A stretch of DNA of 60,114 nucleotides, taken from Eubacteriales bacterium (GTDB taxonomy: Bacteria > Bacillota > Clostridia > Oscillospirales > CAG-272). Location: positions 1-60,114 of the forward strand of contig JBGVIN010000106.1 in NCBI GenBank assembly GCA_045123255.1, read 5' to 3'. The position numbers and the translations under genes are program-made. The notes below the pieces were generated by a model. That model worked only from the letters and a program-made list of their open reading frames with translations, was not told the DNA's origin and ran no database searches. Shown piece by piece: positions 19,040-28,470 of this stretch. Numbering within the stretch: the stretch's first letter is position 1; each line of letters opens with the position of its first letter.

Positions 19040-20407
19040 ATGATAAATAAAACAGTTGCCGCAATTTCAACCGCACACGGCAAGGGCGGAGTTGCAATAA
19101 TCAGAATAAGCGGTGATGATGCACTTGAAATTGCCAAAAGAGTAATGAAGCTTCGCACGGAAAAAATAGATGCGCGCAAATCCTATTACGGAGAAATTCT
19201 GCGTGGTGGCGAGGTTATCGACGACGGAATTTTAACCTACTACAAGGCTCCGCATTCCTTCACAGGAGAGGACACCTGCGAAATTTGCTGTCACGGCGGC
19301 ATTTACGTAACGGGTGCGGTGCTTGAAGCGGTGCTTGCAGCAGGCGCACACTTAGCAGGCGCGGGCGAATTTACAAAGCGCGCATACATAAACGGAAAGC
19401 TCACCCTTTCACGCGCAGAGGCAATAGGACAGGTTATCGATGCCAAAACAGATGCACAGCTTCGCCTTTCGTCCTCACAGGCAAGAGGCACGCTTTCACG
19501 AAAGATTGACACAATTCGTGAATCTATCCTAAATTGCATTTCGCACGCATACGCAACCATTGACTACCCCGACGAGGATATAACCGATATAGAAATATCG
19601 GAAATCAATAGCTGTCTTGATACGGTAATTAACGAGCTCGACGCGCTTAAATGCTCGTATCACACAGGACGCGCCGTTTGCGAGGGTATAAAGACCGCGA
19701 TTATAGGAAAGCCAAATGCGGGAAAAAGCTCAGTTTACAATATGCTCCTTGGTGAGGATTTGGCAATAGTCACCGATATAGCAGGCACAACACGCGACGT
19801 TATCGAGCATACCGCAAGCGTTGGCGGCGTTACCCTTTCCTTGGCGGATACCGCAGGCATACGCGAAGCAATTGACACGGTTGAAAAAATAGGAATTGAA
19901 AGGGCGCGCAAAAAAATTGACGGTTCAGAGCTTCTTTTGTGCGTATTTGATTCCTCGGAAAAGGAAACGGACGAGGACAGGCTGATTTTAGAGCTTGCAA
20001 GCGGAAAAACCGCAATTGCCATAATAAACAAAACTGACAAAGGGTGCGCTCTTTCAAGTGAATTTATTAAAAAAATTGACAATGGGTGCCACAAAACCAT
20101 ATATACAAGTGCAAAGGACGGAGTTGGACGAGAGGAGCTTGAAAAGGCGCTTAGCGATATGTACCGTCTTGGCGAAATCAATCTTTCAAGCGATGCGGTT
20201 ATAGCCAACGCAAGACAGTTTGCCGCGACAGAAGCCGCCTACGAAAAATCGCTTGATGCAAAGAACGCACTAAGCTTTGGTGCAACTCCCGACATTATTT
20301 GCTTCTCGCTCGAAAGTGCGCTTAGCGAATTAAATATGATTGACAGGCGCGAGGTTAGCGAGGAGGTCGTTTCCGCGATTTTCTCACGCTTCTGTGTCGG
20401 AAAATAA
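19040..20407 (+). CDS. mnmE: tRNA modification GTPase MnmE (TrmE)
   Basis: TVAAIST, SFTGED..E..CHGG, GKPNAGKSS, IAGTTRD, DTAGIR, C-terminal FSRFCVGK. Confidence 0.97.
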   Translation: MINKTVAAISTAHGKGGVAIIRISGDDALEIAKRVMKLRTEKIDARKSYYGEILRGGEVIDDGILTYYKAPHSFTGEDTCEICCHGGIYVTGAVLEAVLAAGAHLAGAGEFTKRAYINGKLTLSRAEAIGQVIDAKTDAQLRLSSSQARGTLSRKIDTIRESILNCISHAYATIDYPDEDITDIEISEINSCLDTVINELDALKCSYHTGRAVCEGIKTAIIGKPNAGKSSVYNMLLGEDLAIVTDIAGTTRDVIEHTASVGGVTLSLADTAGIREAIDTVEKIGIERARKKIDGSELLLCVFDSSEKETDEDRLILELASGKTAIAIINKTDKGCALSSEFIKKIDNGCHKTIYTSAKDGVGREELEKALSDMYRLGEINLSSDAVIANARQFAATEAAYEKSLDAKNALSFGATPDIICFSLESALSELNMIDRREVSEEVVSAIFSRFCVGK

Positions 20408-20419
20408 TTTATAGACAAA

Positions 20420-20633
20420 ATAAATTGTCGTAAAGCGACATGAATTGATGCAAGCATCATAAATTGTGCCTTTGGCACATAAATTGATTGCTCTGCAATC
20501 ATGAAATATTTATTTAATTCATATCATTAGCCGATTCATGCTTTACAGAAGTAATTCATGACCGCAGGTCAATTCATGCCGAAGGCAATTCATGCAACCC
20601 TGTTGCAATTCATGACGCAAAGCGTCAATTCAC
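20420..20633. repeat. Two-armed inverted mini-hairpin array (linker AATTCAT / ATRAATT), 4+5 hairpins
   Basis: Left: gtcgt/aaa/gcgac, gatgc/aa/gcatc, gtgcc/ttt/ggcac, gattgc/tct/gcaatc with ATGAATT/ATAAATT. Right: gctt/tacag/aagt, gacc/gca/ggtc, gcc/gaa/ggc, gcaac/cct/gttgc, gacgc/aaa/gcgtc with AATTCAT. Confidence 0.9.
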
Positions 20634-20649
20634 TCCCAAAGGATTAATT

Positions 20650-20979
20650 ATGGAAAACAAAAGATTTACAAAAAACGACAACGGCTTTATATGCGAAGCG
20701 TGCGGACACGAGGTTTTGCCACTTGGCTACACCTCGCGCAACCACTGTCCGAAATGTCTTGCCTCAAAGCACGTTGATATAATGCCGGGTGACAGGCAAA
20801 ATCCGTGTGGCGGAGTTATGGACGCCATAAAGGTAGAGCCTGACCCCAAAAAGGGCTACATTATCATCCATAAGTGCCGCAAATGCGGAGAAATCAAGAG
20901 AAACCGCGCGGCGCACGAGGCAAAGGTGCAGCCTGACGATATAAAGAAGCTTATCAAGCTTACCGCAGGCAGGCTTTGA
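20650..20979 (+). CDS. RNHCP domain-containing protein
   Basis: F.CxxCG...RNHCPxCLxSxHVD..PGDR..C...HxCxxCG. Confidence 0.88.
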   Translation: MENKRFTKNDNGFICEACGHEVLPLGYTSRNHCPKCLASKHVDIMPGDRQNPCGGVMDAIKVEPDPKKGYIIIHKCRKCGEIKRNRAAHEAKVQPDDIKKLIKLTAGRL

Positions 20980-20984
20980 TAGAT

Positions 20985-21869
20985 ATGAACGAGCAAAAAA
21001 ACGAAAAAGGATGCACCCTGTGTCCGAGAAAATGCAATATTGACAGAAATTTATTGCGCGGTGTCTGTGGCGCTCCCGACGAAATTGTGGTGTCGAAAAT
21101 TATGCTTCACAAATGGGAAGAGCCGTCAATAAGCGGCACAAACGGAAGCGGAGCTATTTTCTTTTCGGGTTGTCCCTTAAAATGCGTTTACTGTCAAAAC
21201 AAAAAAATCAGTCACAAGTGCCGCGGTAAAAAAATAACGGTTAGCGAGCTTGCAAGCGAAATCTTAAAGCTACAAAAAATGGGCGCACATAACATAAATT
21301 TAGTCACCCCCACGCATTACGCCGACAAAATCATCGAGGCACTTTCCTTAATCAAGGGCGAGCTTAAAATCCCCGTGGTTTATAATACCTCCGGCTACGA
21401 AAGCGAGGAGCAAATTGAAAAAATTGCCGAGTACGTGTCTGTTTTCCTAACTGATATAAAGTATTTTTCACCCGACGCCTCTCTCAAATACTCACGCGCT
21501 AAGGACTACTACGTGGTTGCAAAGAGAGCGTTTGCAAAAATGCTTGAAACAGTCGGTACGCCAAAATATGATGAAAGCGGAATGATGATAAGCGGCGTTA
21601 TACTACGCCATTTAGTCTTGCCCTCTCTGCGCCGTGACTCCATTGCGCTTTTAGAGGATATTGCAAAAAGCTTTGACACCTCTTCCTTCGTTCTTTCCTT
21701 AATGAGCCAGTACACGCCCGAGTTTTGCGACGACGGCTTTCCCGAATTAAAGCGCCGTTTAACCACCTTTGAATATAACAGCGTACTTTCACGCGCAACC
21801 GAGCTTGGCTTCACGGGATATATGCAGGATTTTTCCTCGTCATCAACAAGCTTCACACCCGAATTTTAA
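20985..21869 (+). CDS. Radical SAM protein, PflX-like
   Basis: N-terminal CTLCPRKC, HxWEEP, CxxxCxxC (CPLKCVYCQN), NINLVTPTH, RHLVLP; start could be 20976. Confidence 0.82.
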   Translation: MNEQKNEKGCTLCPRKCNIDRNLLRGVCGAPDEIVVSKIMLHKWEEPSISGTNGSGAIFFSGCPLKCVYCQNKKISHKCRGKKITVSELASEILKLQKMGAHNINLVTPTHYADKIIEALSLIKGELKIPVVYNTSGYESEEQIEKIAEYVSVFLTDIKYFSPDASLKYSRAKDYYVVAKRAFAKMLETVGTPKYDESGMMISGVILRHLVLPSLRRDSIALLEDIAKSFDTSSFVLSLMSQYTPEFCDDGFPELKRRLTTFEYNSVLSRATELGFTGYMQDFSSSSTSFTPEF

Positions 21870-21880
21870 TAAAAAAATTG

Positions 21881-21911
21881 CACATCCGCTTTTCCTTTGC
21901 GGATGTGTTTT
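21881..21911 (+). terminator. Intrinsic terminator
   Basis: cacatccgc stem / gcggatgtg followed by tttt. Confidence 0.7.
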
Positions 21912-22070
21912 GTTATATTTAATAAATTTTATATTATATGTTGACAATTTTTTGTTATTGATGTATAATTAGTGTGTATCTTTGGCTATTTACGCCAAAA
22001 CTGATGCAAAAATGCCAAATCGGCAATTGCATTCGGTCTTTTTCAAGTTTATATTGATGGGAGAAAATTT

Positions 22071-25000
22071 ATGAAAAAGCTTCGTGTAAAAATCCTTATT
22101 TCCGTGGCGGTGCTTGCCTTACTGCTCGTTACGGTATTTTCAATAAATATGTTTGCGGGAGAGGAGCACCTAAGAGTTACTTACGTCCACGGCGGAAAAA
22201 CGTTTAGTGACGTATGCACAGTCGGCGGCTCGGTTACCTTGCCAACGCCCAAATCAAAGCTCGGCGGAGAGGTTTTCGGTTGGTATGACTCAAACGGCAA
22301 CTTCTACGAATGCGGTGAAGAGTTTACCCCTGCCAAAAACACAAAGCTCTATTGTGCGGAGGGTGCGGAAATTTCGCTCAGTGCAAGCTTGCTCCGTGCC
22401 GCGAGCGTAGGTTATTCGTACGTTAAGCTCAACTCAAACGTTACGATAGATGAAACAATCAACCTTAAAAACGGTATGCTTTATATTGACCTAAACGGCA
22501 ACAGCTTCACTCTCAACACTGAAACGGACGGCTTTGTCGGCGAGGACTTCGGTCTTATTCTTGCTAACTCATCAAGCAAGAAAGCTACACTTACTCACAC
22601 AGCAGGCGGCGAGGAGGCATTCTCCCTCAACTCCTTTATTTCAGTTGCACCCAATACAACGGCAAACTACCTTACGTATACGGTTGGTAAAAACGTTGCT
22701 CTTTCGGAAAACATGAACCTTGTTTCCGTTAAAACAAACATTTCAAGCTTCGAGGGTGCTCTTCACGTAAATCTCCTTGGCGAGGTTGAGTGTGGAAAAA
22801 TCATTCGAGGCAACGGCTTAAACAATGCTGTTTTCGAGGTGTTCGACGGTGCTAAATTGACAACCGATTGCGAATATTTCTTCGACGACGTTGGAACTAC
22901 TGCTAAAACCGCGGCAACCCTTCTCGTTCACGGCGGTAAATTCTACTTAAACGGCTCAACGAGCTACGGCAACAACACAAATATTTATAAAGCTCTCGTT
23001 TTCGGCGGAAGCTATTCTGTCAACACAACGTCATTCTTCAAACTCGGAAACTACAAATCAACGTTTAACTCATCAACAAATCTTTACGATTTTACAGAGT
23101 GTGCCCACGAGGGTGCGCTTATCGAGCATTCACCCGACTGTACGTCAAGCGTTGCTCTTGACCATTTCTGCAAATATTGCGAAACCGTTTTCAAAAAGAG
23201 CTACCCCAGCGGTGTCGGTCACTCATATTCACCTAAGCTCACTCAGGAAATTGTAAACACTCCCGAAAAAACAGAGCCTGGCTGCTATACACTCACCTGC
23301 ACAAAGTGCGGACATCAAACAATACAGTACACCTATCCCGACCCTGCAACGGTTTACGTTACCGTTGGATTTATAAATGAGGACGGCGAGGAGGAATACA
23401 AGCGCTTCCCGTCAACCGACCTTTACTCCTTCAACGGCACGAAAATCATTTCATTCTCTGCTGACGCGCTATATTACGAGGTTAAGAGCAATAGCGGCTA
23501 CGTTACAGAAAAGAACATTCCTCAAAAGAACGTTTTCCACGTTGAAATTCCGCTTGGCGCAACAGATATTTACGGTGACTCACGAAACAATACCCCGTCA
23601 GGTGTTTTCCTGCGTAACGACCACTTAAAGAGCGTTTCCTTCCCTGTTTCGCTTAAAAACATCAACAAGTACGCATTTTCTATGATGCCTCAGCTCGAAA
23701 ACCTTATCGGTATCGAAAACGTATACGGCACTATCTCCGAATACGCATTCCAACAGGGTGCAGAGTCCAAGCTCGTTATGGACAATTTGAAAATCAATGC
23801 TAAAACCATTGGCTCACAGGCATTTAGAAACATAAGAATGACAACACTTTCCTTTGGTCCTAACGTTCAATCAATCAGCAGTGGCGCGTTCGGTCTTGAC
23901 GCGGGTGTAATTTCAAATATCAAGGAAATTTTCGTTGACGGTAACGTTCTTGAGGAAAAAACTCTTAACGAAGTATTTTCGGCACTCAGAAAGTCAGCTT
24001 CATCAGGTCATCAATTTGACGGTCTTGCAATAGTATTTACAGGACACAACTATTCAGCGGTATCAATCCCTGCTACCTGCGTTGAATACGGCTACGACCT
24101 TCTCACCTGTGACCGTTGCGGCTTCGAGGATAAGAGCAACTTTACAAGCACGTACGCTCCGCACAAATACAAGCCGTACACAAAGCCTGCAACCTGTCAA
24201 GCATTTGGTTACGAGGGCGAAAAATGTGAGATTTGCGAGCATATCAACGTTATAAACGACCTTTACTACGACTACAATAACCACTCATACACATACAAAG
24301 AGGTTAAAATTCCTTTAATTCCGGGTTCTTCAATTTGTGTTGACTCCTACTACACGCTCGGTCAGTGCATATGCGGTCAAGTTGAGCCTGACACCGACGA
24401 GAACAGAAGCGAGGTAATAAATCCGGACGAAAACGCAAAGCACAACGAAAAGGAAACGGTTATCACCCCAAGCACGTGCGGTACTTACGGTCTTAGCAGA
24501 TTTGATTGCAAGGACTGTAAGCAATCAAGAACAGAGGTAACAAAGCCTGTTGGCGCACACACATGGCAATACTTTATTACAACTCCTGCAACCTGTAAGG
24601 AGGGCTCAAAGGGCTACGCACTTTGTGCTGTTTGTGAGGAGAAAAAGGATACCACCTCCCAAATTCCCGACCCTAACGGACACGTTAAAAAGGACGGCGA
24701 CGAGGGTGAGCTCGTTCAAGAGGCAACAACAATTCACACAGGCTCAAGAAAATATTACTGCGCGCTTTGCGGTTTCGAGTTTTACGAGGAAACACCTGTG
24801 CTTGATTCAAGCGAGGAGCCAAACTTCTTTGAAAGAATCCTTGAAAAGGGATTTGTCGGTATATTGATTCTTGTTGGACTTGCAATTCTTGCTTTAATGG
24901 GCGTGCTCCTTATTGTGGGCGTTGTTATGACGATAGTTCTCACCTTCAAGAAGAAAAAGAACAAGTCAAAGGGCTACAAGTTCAAGTTCAATACACTTAA

Positions 25001-25319
25001 AAACGGCTCAGACACAGGCTCTGGCAAGACAATTCAAGAGGAGCTTGCAGAAATGCACATTCTCAACAATGAGCCTGAGGAAATCATTGATCACTCAGCT
25101 AACTTCTCAGCTTATATGGAAGCAATCAGCCAAGTTAACGATGCAACCGCTGAGCTTCAAGTTACCGAAACGGACAGCTTGACAGATGCTGAAAGAAACG
25201 CTTCGTTGCAAGCATATCTCGACGCACTCAAAACAGACTACACAAACACCTCAAGCGCACCGTCCGATAGCGGTAAATCTCTTGCCGAGATGATGGATGA
25301 ATCCTCACCTAAGTTCTAA
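22071..25319 (+). CDS. Large surface-exposed membrane protein (B-repeat-like domain, BspA-type LRRs, Cys-rich repeats, C-terminal TM)
   Basis: N-terminal signal/anchor; TLPTP..F.GWY repeat-like domain; LxxIxxxAF repeats; PxTC..G...CxxC repeats; long hydrophobic helix followed by KKKKNK; acidic tail. Confidence 0.75.
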   Translation: MKKLRVKILISVAVLALLLVTVFSINMFAGEEHLRVTYVHGGKTFSDVCTVGGSVTLPTPKSKLGGEVFGWYDSNGNFYECGEEFTPAKNTKLYCAEGAEISLSASLLRAASVGYSYVKLNSNVTIDETINLKNGMLYIDLNGNSFTLNTETDGFVGEDFGLILANSSSKKATLTHTAGGEEAFSLNSFISVAPNTTANYLTYTVGKNVALSENMNLVSVKTNISSFEGALHVNLLGEVECGKIIRGNGLNNAVFEVFDGAKLTTDCEYFFDDVGTTAKTAATLLVHGGKFYLNGSTSYGNNTNIYKALVFGGSYSVNTTSFFKLGNYKSTFNSSTNLYDFTECAHEGALIEHSPDCTSSVALDHFCKYCETVFKKSYPSGVGHSYSPKLTQEIVNTPEKTEPGCYTLTCTKCGHQTIQYTYPDPATVYVTVGFINEDGEEEYKRFPSTDLYSFNGTKIISFSADALYYEVKSNSGYVTEKNIPQKNVFHVEIPLGATDIYGDSRNNTPSGVFLRNDHLKSVSFPVSLKNINKYAFSMMPQLENLIGIENVYGTISEYAFQQGAESKLVMDNLKINAKTIGSQAFRNIRMTTLSFGPNVQSISSGAFGLDAGVISNIKEIFVDGNVLEEKTLNEVFSALRKSASSGHQFDGLAIVFTGHNYSAVSIPATCVEYGYDLLTCDRCGFEDKSNFTSTYAPHKYKPYTKPATCQAFGYEGEKCEICEHINVINDLYYDYNNHSYTYKEVKIPLIPGSSICVDSYYTLGQCICGQVEPDTDENRSEVINPDENAKHNEKETVITPSTCGTYGLSRFDCKDCKQSRTEVTKPVGAHTWQYFITTPATCKEGSKGYALCAVCEEKKDTTSQIPDPNGHVKKDGDEGELVQEATTIHTGSRKYYCALCGFEFYEETPVLDSSEEPNFFERILEKGFVGILILVGLAILALMGVLLIVGVVMTIVLTFKKKKNKSKGYKFKFNTLKNGSDTGSGKTIQEELAEMHILNNEPEEIIDHSANFSAYMEAISQVNDATAELQVTETDSLTDAERNASLQAYLDALKTDYTNTSSAPSDSGKSLAEMMDESSPKF

Positions 25320-25330
25320 TATAATATCTA

Positions 25331-25361
25331 AAAAGGATGTCACCGTGGTGGCATCCTTTTT
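25331..25361 (+). terminator. Intrinsic terminator
   Basis: aaaaggatgtcacc-gt-ggtggcatcctttt. Confidence 0.8.
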
Positions 25362-25428
25362 CTTGTTAATGAAGAGAGCGCCCGAAATTCAGACGCTCTC
25401 TTTTTTGAAAATTTTATTTGGAGTTATT

Positions 25429-25656
25429 TTATTCCGCCTCTTTTAGAGGAGAATTTGTCTCTGTTTGAGCTTCGTTTTGTGCATCGGTTGAATTTTGCTT
25501 TGTCTTACCCGAATGACAGGAGTCCTTAAATGCACAGCCTGAGCACCCGCAGGAGCAAGAGGATTTGCCCTTTTTCTTGTTGACTATTAGCGAAGCTATA
25601 AGTCCGATAACTACCGCCGCCACGATAATGAGTGCTATTGCTGTTGGTGGATTCAT
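25429..25656 (-). CDS. FeoB-associated Cys-rich membrane protein
   Basis: TM helix, then KKKGKSSCSCGCSGCAFKDSCH; directly after feoB. Confidence 0.85.
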   Translation of the reverse strand: MNPPTAIALIIVAAVVIGLIASLIVNKKKGKSSCSCGCSGCAFKDSCHSGKTKQNSTDAQNEAQTETNSPLKEAE

Positions 25657-25676
25657 CCCTTCCCCCTCCTTTGTTT

Positions 25677-27974
25677 TTATTTATTTGCTTTTTCTTTTTT
25701 TCTGAAAATGCGCTTACACGTGTCGATAATTGAGAATTTCGCAGGCTTGAAAAGCAGGTATAAGAATACCGCAAGCACTAAGAACGCAACCACCGTCCAG
25801 AAGGAGAACGAGCCCCATCTAAATAGTATTCCGATTTGATATGTAACGAGTGATACTGCATAAGCAAGACCCGTCATATAGCCAAGCGTTGCCCACGTCC
25901 ATTTTCTGTTGTTCATTTCATTTTTGATAGCGCCTATTGCCGCAAAGCAAGGAGCGCAAAGCAGGTTGAATATCATAAACGAAATACCCTTTAAGAAGCT
26001 TCCGTCAAAGAATTCGTCAGCCGCCGTTTCAATTCCGCCATCTGCCATTGTGCCTATCGCGCCAACGACCTCCTCCTTAGCAACCAAGCCAAGGATTGTT
26101 GCAACGCTTGCCTCCCAGCTGTCGCCGAAGCCGAGCGGCTTGAATGCAACTGATATAAGCTCACCGAGAACCTGAAGGATTGACTTTGATTTGCATCCGT
26201 TCTCAATAAAGTGAACTCCGTTATGCTCTGTTATTTCATAGCCTATAACGTTACCGTTTTCATCGTAAATCTCGTGTGCGTGAGCGCCGCCTTGAACATT
26301 GCCCTCGCTATCCGTTACGAACGAGCCGTCCTCGTTTACGGAATATTCCGTTGAGTCGGAGCTTTCAAGAGATACGTTTTGACCTACCCAAATAAGCACG
26401 CTTGCTATAAGGATTACAGTTCCTGCGCGCTTAATAAATCCCCAACCGCGGTCAAAGGTCGATTTGAAAACGTTTTTAGCCGCAGGCACGTGGTATTCGG
26501 GAAGCTCCATAACGAATGGGGACGGATGTCCTGCAAACGCCTTGAATTTTTTAAGAATAATGCCCGAGCAAATAACCGCCGCAATACCGATAAAGTACGC
26601 ACCTGTTGAAACGAGCGCGCCGCGCCAGCCTCCACCGAAAAGGTATCCTGCGATAAAGCCGACTATCGGCATTTTTGCAGAGCAGGGAACGAAGCCTGTT
26701 GTCATAATTGTGATTTTGCGGTCATTTTGCTGCTCTATTGTACGGCTTGCCATAATACCCGGTACACCGCAGCCTGATGCGATTAGCATCGGAATAAAGG
26801 ACTTGCCCGAAAGACCGAAGCGTCTGAACACTCTGTCCATTATAAACGCTATGCGCGACATATATCCGCAGTCCTCAAGGAGTGAAAGAAGCAAGAAAAG
26901 AATGAGCATTTGAGGCACGAAGCCAAGCACCGCACCAACGCCGCCTATCGCTCCGTCGGCAATTAAGCCAACAAGCCAAGGAGCGACCTCCATTTTTTCA
27001 AGGAGTGCGGTCACGCTTGGAATAATCCACTCACCAAAGAGCGTTTCATTCATAAAATCCGTAACGAAGCCGCCAACTGAACCGATGGCAATAAAGTAAA
27101 CCGCAAACATAATAAGCGCAAAGAGCGGTATTGCCAAAAATCTATTAGTTACTATTTTGTCGATTTTGTCCGATACCGACATTTTTTCCTTGCCGGGCTT
27201 CTTTTTATCAACCGTTTTCGTTACGTAATCGTAACGCTCGCTTGTGATAATTTCCTCGCTGTCATCATCGTACAGCTTTTCAACGTCGGAAATGATTTTT
27301 TCAATTTTTTCCTTTTTATCACCGACAAGGTCGAGGTGTGCCACGATTTCCTCGTCGCGCTCAAAAAGCTTAACGCTGAGCCAACGAAGCTCATTTTCCT
27401 CTATGTAGGATGATGAAACGATATTTCCGATTTCACTAAGTGCTTTTTCAACCTCAGATGAGAAAATCTTCTTTTTTTCGTGAGTTTTGGCTGATATTTC
27501 AATTGCATTCTCTGCAACCTCACGAATTCCCTTGCCCTTTAAGGCGGAAATTTCCACAACGGGACAGCCAAGTGATTTTGAAAGCTTATTTAGATCAAGC
27601 TTAACGCCACGCTTGGTTAAGACGTCCATAAAGTTAACGGCTATTACCATTGGAATTCCGAAATCGAAAAGCTGCGTGGTTAAGTAAAGGTTTCTTTCAA
27701 GGTTTGTGCCGTCAACTATATTGATAATAGCGCTTGGATGCTCCTCAACGAGATAGTTTCTCGCTACTATTTCCTCAGGTGTGTACGGAGAAAGAGAATA
27801 AACGCCCGGAAGGTCGGTTAAAATAACCTCCTTGTTCCACTTTATTCTACCCTCTTTTTTCTCAACGGTAACACCTGGCCAGTTTCCAACGTACTGATTT
27901 GAGCCTGTAAGTGCATTAAAAAGCGTTGTTTTTCCCGAGTTGGGGTTTCCGACCAAAGCAATCTTAATCGACAT
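25677..27974 (-). CDS. feoB: Ferrous iron transporter FeoB
   Basis: GNPNSGKTT, NWPGVTVE, DLPG, NFMD, GCGVPG, PCSAK, FVMELPEY, APCFA. Confidence 0.97.
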   Translation of the reverse strand: MSIKIALVGNPNSGKTTLFNALTGSNQYVGNWPGVTVEKKEGRIKWNKEVILTDLPGVYSLSPYTPEEIVARNYLVEEHPSAIINIVDGTNLERNLYLTTQLFDFGIPMVIAVNFMDVLTKRGVKLDLNKLSKSLGCPVVEISALKGKGIREVAENAIEISAKTHEKKKIFSSEVEKALSEIGNIVSSSYIEENELRWLSVKLFERDEEIVAHLDLVGDKKEKIEKIISDVEKLYDDDSEEIITSERYDYVTKTVDKKKPGKEKMSVSDKIDKIVTNRFLAIPLFALIMFAVYFIAIGSVGGFVTDFMNETLFGEWIIPSVTALLEKMEVAPWLVGLIADGAIGGVGAVLGFVPQMLILFLLLSLLEDCGYMSRIAFIMDRVFRRFGLSGKSFIPMLIASGCGVPGIMASRTIEQQNDRKITIMTTGFVPCSAKMPIVGFIAGYLFGGGWRGALVSTGAYFIGIAAVICSGIILKKFKAFAGHPSPFVMELPEYHVPAAKNVFKSTFDRGWGFIKRAGTVILIASVLIWVGQNVSLESSDSTEYSVNEDGSFVTDSEGNVQGGAHAHEIYDENGNVIGYEITEHNGVHFIENGCKSKSILQVLGELISVAFKPLGFGDSWEASVATILGLVAKEEVVGAIGTMADGGIETAADEFFDGSFLKGISFMIFNLLCAPCFAAIGAIKNEMNNRKWTWATLGYMTGLAYAVSLVTYQIGILFRWGSFSFWTVVAFLVLAVFLYLLFKPAKFSIIDTCKRIFRKKEKANK

Positions 27975-28233
27975 TTTTCTTTTCCCCCTTCTCGCTCTCG
28001 CTTGACGTCTTTTCTACAAGCACCATTTTTGCGTCGTCCTTTCGTACGCTAAGCTCATAGCCGCGCACCGTAAGCTCAAACGGGTCACCGAGCGGCGCCA
28101 CCTTTCTTACGTAAATTTCAACGCCCTTGGTAATTCCAAGGTCCATAATGCGGCGTCTGATAGGTCCCTCGCCCTCTATTCTGAGCACCTTGACCGTATC
28201 GCCGACCCTTGCATTTTTTAAGGTCATTTCCAC
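27964..28233 (-). CDS. feoA: FeoA
   Basis: RRIMDLGIT.G..I...APLGDP...VRGYELSVR; start GTG 28233 or ATG 28227. Confidence 0.95.
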   Translation of the reverse strand: MEMTLKNARVGDTVKVLRIEGEGPIRRRIMDLGITKGVEIYVRKVAPLGDPFELTVRGYELSVRKDDAKMVLVEKTSSESEKGEKKNVD

Positions 28234-28254
28234 ACCATTCCTTCCTTTGATGGA

Positions 28255-28308
28255 GTTAGTCTTGACTAACTACGCGGTTAGTTTAGCATAACCAACCCGT
28301 TTTGTCAA
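28255..28308 (-). promoter_or_regulatory. feoAB promoter with tandem 16-bp GTTAG-N6-(C/A)TAAC operator palindromes
   Basis: TTGACA(28308-03)-17-TGcTAAACT(-10 at 28285-80); gttagtcttgactaac 28255-70 and gttagtttagcataac 28277-92. Confidence 0.7.
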
Positions 28309-28407
28309 GTGCTTTTTGGAAATTTTTTCGAATTTTTTTATATGTTAAAAAGTCTTAGTTAGATACATCATATGAGTAGTATATTTATAAATAAGAGGAT
28401 TTTTCAA

Positions 28408-28436
28408 TTGACAAAAAATTTTTTAAGGGTTATAAT
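28408..28436 (+). promoter_or_regulatory. Sigma-A promoter for copA
   Basis: TTGACA-17 bp-TATAAT. Confidence 0.75.
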
Positions 28437-28470
28437 ATCCTTGAAGAAAACGGCGGAAGGGGGAATTAAA

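Noticed and set aside
20614-20623. GACGCAAAGC, resembling the c-di-GMP-I riboswitch core
   Set aside because: It is the last hairpin of the array (gacgc/aaa/gcgtc); the rest of the riboswitch architecture is absent.
20420-20633. CRISPR array interpretation of the hairpin arrays (also 4.6, 11.2 and 33.7 kb)
   Set aside because: The constant unit is only 7-8 nt, the variable units are 9-18 nt and self-complementary, the arms are mirrored, and there are no cas genes.
28350-28400. CsoR/CopY operator before copA (tcatatga palindrome)
   Set aside because: It matches neither a G/C-tract CsoR site nor the TACAnnTGTA cop box; too short to support.
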